NCBI RefSeq assembly: GCF_046462195.1
Contig: NZ_JBKGUN010000108.1
Span: 9,628 to 73,627, forward strand
Direction of reading: 5' to 3'
Length of the DNA stretch: 64,000 nucleotides
DNA from: Paracoccus sp. (in: a-proteobacteria)
GTDB lineage: Bacteria; Pseudomonadota; Alphaproteobacteria; Rhodobacterales; Rhodobacteraceae
Position numbers and translations under genes: made by a program. The notes under the pieces are model-generated. The model saw only the letters and a list, made by a program, of their open reading frames with translations, did no database searches and was not told where the DNA came from. Shown piece after piece: positions 56,528 to 64,000 of the stretch (within the stretch, counting starts at the first letter, position 1; the number at the start of each line of letters is the position of its first letter).

Positions 56528-58048
56528 ATGACGGCAACCACCGATCTTGATGTGCGCGAAGGCGTCGACCGTGAAACGGTCGAAACCGTGCAGAACATGG
56601 GCAGCTACAAATACGGCTGGGATACCGAGATCGAGATGGAATACGCCCCCAAGGGCGTGAACGAGGATATCGTCCGGCTCATCTCGGAAAAGAACAACGA
56701 GCCGGGATGGATGACGGAATGGCGGCTGGAGGCCTATCGCCGCTGGGTCACCATGACCGAGCCGAAATGGGCGATGCTGAACTATCCCGAGATTGATTAT
56801 CAAGACCAGTATTATTACGCGCGTCCGAAAAGCATGGACGTGAAGCCCAAGTCGCTGGACGAGGTCGACCCCAAGCTGCTGGCCACCTATGACAAGCTGG
56901 GGATCCCGCTGCGCGAGCAGATGATTCTGGCGGGTGTCGAGGGCGCCGAGAACGCGCCCGCCGAAGGACGCCGCGTGGCGGTGGATGCCGTGTTCGACAG
57001 CGTCAGCGTCGGGACGACCTTCAAGGACGAACTGGCCAAGGCCGGCGTGATCTTTTGTTCGATCAGCGAGGCGATCCGCGAACATCCCGATCTGGTGAAG
57101 AAATACCTCGGCTCGGTCGTGCCGCAGTCGGACAATTATTTCGCGACGCTGAACAGCGCGGTCTTTTCGGACGGCAGCTTTGTCTACATCCCGCCCGGGG
57201 TGCGCTGCCCGATGGAGCTGTCGACCTATTTCCGCATCAATGCCGAAAACACCGGCCAGTTCGAGCGGACACTGATCATTGCCGACAAGGGCAGCTATGT
57301 CAGCTATCTGGAAGGCTGCACTGCGCCCAAGCGCGACACCAACCAGTTGCACGCCGCCGTGGTCGAGCTGGTCATTCTGGAAGATGCCGAGATCAAGTAT
57401 TCGACCGTCCAGAACTGGTTCCCGGGCGACGAGAACGGCAAGGGCGGCATCTACAACTTTGTCACCAAGCGCGCGGACTGCCGCGAGGCGCGTGCCAAGG
57501 TGATGTGGACGCAGGTCGAGACCGGCAGCGCCATCACGTGGAAATACCCGTCCTGCATCCTGCGCGGTGATGAAAGCCAGGGCGAGTTCTATTCAATTGC
57601 CATCGCCAACAACTGGCAGCAGGCGGATACCGGGACCAAGATGATCCATCTTGGCAAGAACACGCGCTCGCGTATTGTTTCGAAAGGGATTTCTGCGGGA
57701 CAGGCGCAGAATACCTATCGCGGTCTGGTGACCATGCACCCGCGTGCCACGAACAGCCGCAACTATACGCAGTGCGACAGCCTGCTGATCGGTGACAAGT
57801 GCGGGGCGCATACCGTGCCTTATATCGAGGTCAAGAACACCTCGAGCCGGGTCGAGCACGAGGCCACGACCAGCAAGGTCGATGACGATCAGTTGTTTTA
57901 TTGCCGTTCGCGCGGCATGGACGAGGAAGAGGCCGTGGCACTGGTCGTCAACGGTTTCTGCCGCGAGGTCCTGCAGGCCCTGCCGATGGAATTCGCCATG
58001 GAGGCACAATCGCTGGTCGCCATCTCGCTGGAAGGCTCGGTGGGCTGA
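56528..58048 (+). CDS. sufB: Fe-S cluster assembly scaffold protein SufB
   Basis: [49 protein letters not shown].... ATG at 56528 follows GAGGAAGGA. Confidence 0.93.
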   Translation: MTATTDLDVREGVDRETVETVQNMGSYKYGWDTEIEMEYAPKGVNEDIVRLISEKNNEPGWMTEWRLEAYRRWVTMTEPKWAMLNYPEIDYQDQYYYARPKSMDVKPKSLDEVDPKLLATYDKLGIPLREQMILAGVEGAENAPAEGRRVAVDAVFDSVSVGTTFKDELAKAGVIFCSISEAIREHPDLVKKYLGSVVPQSDNYFATLNSAVFSDGSFVYIPPGVRCPMELSTYFRINAENTGQFERTLIIADKGSYVSYLEGCTAPKRDTNQLHAAVVELVILEDAEIKYSTVQNWFPGDENGKGGIYNFVTKRADCREARAKVMWTQVETGSAITWKYPSCILRGDESQGEFYSIAIANNWQQADTGTKMIHLGKNTRSRIVSKGISAGQAQNTYRGLVTMHPRATNSRNYTQCDSLLIGDKCGAHTVPYIEVKNTSSRVEHEATTSKVDDDQLFYCRSRGMDEEEAVALVVNGFCREVLQALPMEFAMEAQSLVAISLEGSVG

Positions 58049-58125
58049 TCATCCGGCCGGACCCCGCAGGTCCGGCCACACGCTATCACGGCGCCCCTGC
58101 GGCGCCTTCGCCGTTTGAGGAAAAG

Positions 58126-58879
<754 letters not shown>

Positions 58880-58880
<1 letters not shown>

Positions 58881-60217
58881 TGAGCGACATCGCCGTCAAG
58901 GAGATGCAGACGCCTCAGGTGTCGGGCGCATCCAAAACTGCCACGGCACTGGAAGCCAGGCTGGCCACGATGAATCTGCCCCAGGGCGGCTTCACCGGTG
59001 CCGCCCGGGCCGATGCAATAGCGCGTTTGCGCGACATGGGTCTGCCCGGTTCGCGTGACGAATACTGGCGCTACACCGATCCGCGGCCCTTCAATGCGGC
59101 ACAGCCCCAGCCGTTGCCGTTCGATACAGGTGTTGCGGAATCGCCCCTGTTTGTCGGGCGGGACAAGCTGACCCTGGTCTTCGTGGACGGAGCATTCGAT
59201 GCTGCGGCCTCGGACGATCTGGCGCTGGAAGGTGTGGAGGTCTCGACCCTTGCGCAGGCTGACCCGGCAGGAAACCACTGGGCGGCCGGACTTTACGGAT
59301 CGCTGGAGGCTGCGGGCCAGATACCCGTGAAACGCCCCTTTGCCGCGCTGAACACGGTGGCGGCACGGGACGGTGTGCTGATCCGCGTGACGGGCAAGCC
59401 CTCCAAACCGGTTCATGTTCTGCACCGCCGTGCCACGGACAGTGCGGATGCCCTCTGGCACCATGTCATCCGCGTCGAGCAGGAGGCTGAGCTGACCTTC
59501 CTCGAGAGTGGCATGGTCGGAGCGCGGTCGAATGGCGTGCTCGAGGTGGATCTGGCGCCTGGTGCCCGGTTGCACCACATTGCGGCCAAGCGTGCCATCG
59601 ATCCTCGGATCGGACTGTCGCATCTGTTCGCCCGCGTGGCCGAAGGGGCGACGCTGAAAAGCTTTACCTTGGCGGTGAACGGGACGATCATGCGTCACGA
59701 GGGCGTCATCGACATGGCCGGCGATGATGCCGTGGCGCATATCGCAGCCGCCGTTCTGGGCGATGGGGATGTCGGGCCGTTCCATCATGACGACACTGTC
59801 TTCATCACCCATGGGGCCGAGCGCGGCGAAAGCCGGCAGGTGTTCAAGAAGGTTCTGAAGAACGGGGCAACGGGCGTCTTCCAAGGTAAGATCCTGGTGA
59901 AGCCGGGCGCGCAGAAGACCGACGGTTATCAGATCAGCCAAGCGCTGCTGCTGGACGAGGCGAGCCAGTTCCTGGCCAAGCCCGAGCTGGAAATCTATGC
60001 GGATGATGTGAAATGTTCACATGGTTCAACCACCGGAGCGATCGACGAGGAAGCCTTGTTCTATCTCCGCTCGCGCGGGGTGCCGTATGAGCGCGCCGTT
60101 GTCTTCCTGGTCCTGTCCTTCCTCGCCGACGCCTTGGAAGAGGTCGAGGATGAGGAACTGCGGGCCGAAATCAACGAACGGCTGGAAGAGTGGCTGACAA
60201 GTCGTCCGCAGGTCTAG
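58880..60217 (+). CDS. sufD: Fe-S cluster assembly protein SufD
   Basis: 445 aa with ...DEYWRYTD... and a C-terminal ...SQALLLDEASQFLAKPELEIYADDVKCSHGSTTGAIDEEALFYLRSRG.... Confidence 0.9.
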
Positions 60218-60234
60218 GGCCCGCCCGCAGCGGC

Positions 60235-60708
60235 ATGGTCCTGCGGGTGCTGGAAAGCTGGTGGGCCCCGCGCCGGGTGGTGCGGGGCTTGTCCGGCATG
60301 CCCGATCGGGTTCTGTTGGCGGTCCTGATGCTGGCGATGCTGATCACCTTTATCGGGCAGGCGCCTGTCCATGTCCGGGCCGCACAGATGGATCCCTCGA
60401 TCCCGCTGGATGCGCGGATGGGGGGTGCGGCGATGGGCAGCATCTTCATGATGCCGCTGCTGGCTTATGCCATGGCTGGACTTGTGTCCCTGATCTCGCG
60501 GGTCACGCCGTGGCCCATCGATGCACGGGAATCGCGGATCGCTCTGTTCTGGGCGCTTCTGGCAGTGACGCCTGCTGTTCTGCTGGCCGGGCTCGTTGTG
60601 GGCCTGATCGGTCCCAGCCCCGTCCTGACCCTGACCCGCACGGTGGCGGGCTTGGGTTTTCTGATCATCTGGGGCGCAGGCCTTTCGGCGCTGGCGAAAC
60701 GCACATGA
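60235..60708 (+). CDS. hypothetical polytopic membrane protein embedded in the suf operon
   Basis: ATG at 60235 (MVLRVLESWWAPRRVVRGL...). About four hydrophobic segments. No family recognised with certainty; possibly Yip1-like. Confidence 0.55.
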   Translation: MVLRVLESWWAPRRVVRGLSGMPDRVLLAVLMLAMLITFIGQAPVHVRAAQMDPSIPLDARMGGAAMGSIFMMPLLAYAMAGLVSLISRVTPWPIDARESRIALFWALLAVTPAVLLAGLVVGLIGPSPVLTLTRTVAGLGFLIIWGAGLSALAKRT

Positions 60709-61298
60709 CATTCGACGATTTCAAGGCGCTGTCGCGCCAAACGCTGCGCAATCCCGAAAAGGCGGCCCATTGGCTGATGGGGCAGGGCTGGCCGATGCAG
60801 GCACGCTGGATGGCCCTGATCGCCGCAGTGGCCCTTTCGGGCATCCTGGCCTATCTGTCCACGCTGCTGTTCGCCCGGCCCGAGGATGACGCCACGCCGA
60901 TGTTCACCTTGGGGCAGCAGCCGCTGACCCTTGCGGGAATGCAGTTGGCTGCCATTGTTCTGGGCGCAGGGTTGATGAGCGGGGTGGGGCGCGTGTTTGG
61001 CGGTCAGGGCCGGTTCGCCGATGCCTTGTTGCTGACCGTCTGGATCGAGGTGATGCTGCTGATGGTGCAGGCCCTGCAGATCATCCTGGCGCTTGCCCTG
61101 CCTGCGCTTGCCGGCGTGCTGAGCATTCTGGCCGTGGCCCTGTTCCTGTGGCTGACGGTGCAGTTCACCAAGGCCCTTCACGGCTTTACCAGTGGGCCCA
61201 AGGTTCTGCTGATCATGTTCGCGACGCTTCTGGCAATGGGGTTCGTCCTGTCCTTCTTTGCCGCCTCGCTTGGCCTTATGCCGGAGATGCCCCAATGA
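60705..61298 (+). CDS. Yip1-like polytopic membrane protein embedded in the suf operon
   Basis: MTFDDFKALSRQTLRNPEKAAHWLM... followed by about five TM segments. ATGA overlaps with both neighbouring genes. Confidence 0.6.
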   Translation: MTFDDFKALSRQTLRNPEKAAHWLMGQGWPMQARWMALIAAVALSGILAYLSTLLFARPEDDATPMFTLGQQPLTLAGMQLAAIVLGAGLMSGVGRVFGGQGRFADALLLTVWIEVMLLMVQALQIILALALPALAGVLSILAVALFLWLTVQFTKALHGFTSGPKVLLIMFATLLAMGFVLSFFAASLGLMPEMPQ

Positions 61299-62506
61299 GT
61301 TTTGATGTCGACGCCGTCCGTGCCCAGTTTCCGATCCTGTCGCGCCGGGTGAACGGCAAGCCGCTGGTTTACTTGGACAACGGTGCCAGTGCGCAAAAGC
61401 CCCGGGTGGTGATCGAAGCGATCACCCAAGCCTATGAGCAGGAATATGCAAACGTGCATCGCGGCCTGCACACCCTGTCGAACCTGGCCACCGACAACTA
61501 CGAACGCGTTCGGGGCATCATTACGCGGTTCCTGAACGCCCCGCGCGAGGACGAGGTGATCTTCACCTCGGGTTCGACCGAGGCGCTGAACATGGTCAGT
61601 TATGGCTGGGCGGCCCCGCGGATGCAGGCGGGCGACGAAATCGTCCTGTCCCTGCTGGAGCACCACGCCAACATCGTGCCGTGGCACTTCCTGCGCGAGC
61701 GGCAGGGCGTTGTCCTGAAATGGGTCGAGCCCGAGGCCGATGGCAGTCTCGATCCTCAAAAGGTGCTGGCGGCGGTGGGGCCGCGGACCAAGCTGATCGC
61801 CGTCACGCATATGTCAAACGTCACGGGAACAGTTGTCGATGTTGCGGCCATTGCGGCGGGCACGGATGTTCCGGTGCTGGTCGATGGAAGCCAGGCGGCC
61901 GTCCACATGCCGGTGGACCTCCGCGCCCTTGGCGTCGATTTCTACTGTATCACGGGACACAAGCTTTACGGACCGTCCGGCTCCGGCGCGATCTGGATCA
62001 AGGCCGAGCGCCAAGCCGAGATGCGGCCGTTCCTGGGCGGAGGCGACATGATCCGCACCGTCAGCCGGGACGCCGTGACCTATGCCGATCCGCCCCTGCG
62101 GTTCGAGGCAGGGACACCGGGCATCGTGAACCAGATCGGGCTTGGCGCTGCGCTGGAATACATGATGTCATTGGGGATGGAGAACATCGCCGCCCATGAA
62201 AGGTCGCTGCGCGATCATGCACGTGACCGCCTGCGGTCGTTGAACTGGCTGCAGATCCAGGGAGACTCGCCGGACAAGGGGGCGATCTTCTCGATGACGA
62301 TGGAAGGGGCCCATGCCCATGACATATCGACCATCCTCGACAAGAAGGGCATTGCAGTGCGGGCCGGCACTCATTGCGCCATGCCCCTGATGGAACACTT
62401 GGGAATCGGGGCCAGTGCCCGCGCCAGCTTTGCCATGTACAACACTCATGAGGAAGTGGACGCTCTTGTCGAAGGTTTGACCTTCTGCCGCGAGCTTTTT
62501 GCCTGA
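61295..62506 (+). CDS. sufS: cysteine desulfurase SufS (group II)
   Basis: MSFDVDAVRAQFPILSRRVNGKPLVYLDNGASAQKP...ITGHKLYGPSG (PLP-Lys)...RAGTHCAMPL (active-site Cys). Confidence 0.93.
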   Translation: MSFDVDAVRAQFPILSRRVNGKPLVYLDNGASAQKPRVVIEAITQAYEQEYANVHRGLHTLSNLATDNYERVRGIITRFLNAPREDEVIFTSGSTEALNMVSYGWAAPRMQAGDEIVLSLLEHHANIVPWHFLRERQGVVLKWVEPEADGSLDPQKVLAAVGPRTKLIAVTHMSNVTGTVVDVAAIAAGTDVPVLVDGSQAAVHMPVDLRALGVDFYCITGHKLYGPSGSGAIWIKAERQAEMRPFLGGGDMIRTVSRDAVTYADPPLRFEAGTPGIVNQIGLGAALEYMMSLGMENIAAHERSLRDHARDRLRSLNWLQIQGDSPDKGAIFSMTMEGAHAHDISTILDKKGIAVRAGTHCAMPLMEHLGIGASARASFAMYNTHEEVDALVEGLTFCRELFA

Positions 62507-62606
62507 ATCTTGCGAAGATTTGGTTGGTCACCGAAGATCAGCCGAAAATTCTTGCCGGTTGTGGGAATGTCTGCCTCCTTGACGCAAAGTCAGCAAGGAG
62601 ACAGGC

Positions 62607-63824
62607 ATGGCCGAGGTTCTGGTTCTGGGTGGCGGGATGGTCGGCGTCTCGACGGCTCTGGCGCTGCAGGAGCGCGGGCATGATGTCACGTTGATCGAGC
62701 GTGGCGTGCCGGGACGTGAGACCAGCTATGGCAATGCCGGCCTGATCCAGACCGAGGCGGTCGAGCCCTATGCCATGCCACTGTCGCCCGGGGCGCTGAT
62801 GCAGATCGCCTTGGGACGCGGCTATGATGTCAAATGGACGCCCAAGGGTCTTGTGTCGCAGATGGGTGCGGTGTTCAGCTATGCCCTCAACTCCTTGCCG
62901 GCGGCGCACAAGCGGGCATCCGTGACATGGGCCAAGCTGATCCGCCAGTCGACCGAGCGGCATGGTCCGCTGATTGCGGCCGCAGGGGCTGACAACATCA
63001 TTCGCCGCAACGGCTATATCGAGTTGCACCGGACACCGGCCAAGGCAGAACAGGCGCGGCAGACCGTTGAACGGTTCTTCAGCGAGTTCGGGGTCGAGGC
63101 GCGACTGCTGGACGGGCGCGAACTGCGTGCGCTGGAGCCGTCGATAAGGATCGAGATTCCGGCGGCAACGCATTGGGCCGACAGCTGGAACTGCGCTGAT
63201 CCGGGCGGCTTGGTCGGGGCCTATGCGGCCTTGTTCCAGAAGAACGGCGGCCGGATCGTGAACGGTGATGCGGGGGATCTGCACCGCAAGGGTGCCGCCT
63301 GGGTCGCGGACGAGGCCATCGGCGAACACGCCGTCATCGCCCTCGGACCGTGGTCGCCAATGCTGACGCAGCGCTTTGGTCTCAGGGTCCCCATGGTGTA
63401 CAAGCGTGGCTATCACCGTCATTACCACCTGGAGATGCCGCCCCATCATCCGATTGCGGATTTCGGCAATTCGGTCGTGCTGTCGCCGATGCGCCGCGGC
63501 CTGCGGATCGCAACGGCGGCCGAACTGACGCCTCATCCGCGCCTGTCACCCCCGCAGCTGGCCCATGGCGAAAAGGCGGCGCGGGAGTTGTTCGACCTCG
63601 GCGCCCCGGTCGAGGCCGAGCCTTGGACCGGGCGCCGGCCCTGCATGCCCGACATGCTGCCGCTTGTGGGGCGGGTGCCGGATCAGCCGAACCTTTGGGC
63701 GCATTTCGGTCACGGGCATCAGGGCTTCACCCTAGGGCCAGTCACGGCCGAGATCCTTGCGGACGAACTGGACGGCGGGGAAGGGTGGGCGGAACTTCAG
63801 CCCGCGCGGCTGAAACGCGGTTGA
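62607..63824 (+). CDS. FAD-dependent oxidoreductase (DAO / D-amino-acid dehydrogenase-like)
   Basis: 405 aa with MAEVLVLGGGMVGVSTALALQERGHDVTLIE (Rossmann GxGxxG) and C-terminal ...HFGHGHQGFTLGP. Confidence 0.85.
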   Translation: MAEVLVLGGGMVGVSTALALQERGHDVTLIERGVPGRETSYGNAGLIQTEAVEPYAMPLSPGALMQIALGRGYDVKWTPKGLVSQMGAVFSYALNSLPAAHKRASVTWAKLIRQSTERHGPLIAAAGADNIIRRNGYIELHRTPAKAEQARQTVERFFSEFGVEARLLDGRELRALEPSIRIEIPAATHWADSWNCADPGGLVGAYAALFQKNGGRIVNGDAGDLHRKGAAWVADEAIGEHAVIALGPWSPMLTQRFGLRVPMVYKRGYHRHYHLEMPPHHPIADFGNSVVLSPMRRGLRIATAAELTPHPRLSPPQLAHGEKAARELFDLGAPVEAEPWTGRRPCMPDMLPLVGRVPDQPNLWAHFGHGHQGFTLGPVTAEILADELDGGEGWAELQPARLKRG

Positions 63825-63879
63825 ACTCGGGCACTGCCGGACACATCTTGGGAGCAACTCCGAACGGAACAGGAACCTC

Positions 63880-64000
63880 ATGGGTCACAACAACACCAGC
63901 GCACCGGTGATGCGTTTTCCCGAAGTGACCCGCCCCAAGTTGGAGGGCGGGAAACGCTTTGTCATGAAAAGCGATTTCCAGCCGGCGGGTGACCAGCCCA
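63880..64000 (+). CDS. uvrB: excinuclease ABC subunit B, N-terminal 40 codons; continues past the right edge
   Basis: MGHNNTSAPVMRFPEVTRPKLEGGKRFVMKSDFQPAGDQP. The ...S/DYQPAGDQP motif is the typical UvrB N-terminus. Confidence 0.75.
   Translation, partial: MGHNNTSAPVMRFPEVTRPKLEGGKRFVMKSDFQPAGDQP

Overview
High-GC alphaproteobacterial chromosome. Gene content and synteny look like Rhodobacterales/Paracoccaceae; that attribution is an inference. The window is almost entirely densely packed core housekeeping genes, many translationally coupled by ATGA or GTGA overlaps. Left to right: pccA/pccB split by small lipoprotein genes; alr; mlaEF; phoH-ybeY-corC; an SUV3-like helicase-S4-fdxA-carD block; ppaC; ribF; ltaE; cinA-pgpA-ispDF-purL; a LysR regulator divergent from a fused indolepyruvate:ferredoxin oxidoreductase; murI; ccmE/ccmF/ccmH; two diguanylate cyclase genes; usp-sulP; trpS; murJ-glnD-lpoA-like; rsmI-yraN-gshB; comM; coaBC plus a long suf operon; an FAD oxidoreductase; and the start of uvrB. 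I found no rRNA, tRNA, CRISPR array, transposase, integrase or recognisable defence island, and no convincing wholly new multi-gene system. The most interesting items are: (1) a GH108 endolysin plus 3-TM holin pair of the GTA-release type, with a perfect CtrA box, wedged between ccmE and ccmF; (2) an H-NOX-fold protein in which all canonical heme-binding residues are substituted, translationally coupled to an HNOBA-GGDEF cyclase, next to a PleD-like cyclase whose receiver domain looks degenerate; (3) a rhomboid homolog lacking both catalytic residues; (4) sufC broken by a 1-nt deletion; (5) a possible small RNA and a structured sulP leader. Many long ORFs in the track are antisense artefacts of the high GC content and were rejected.
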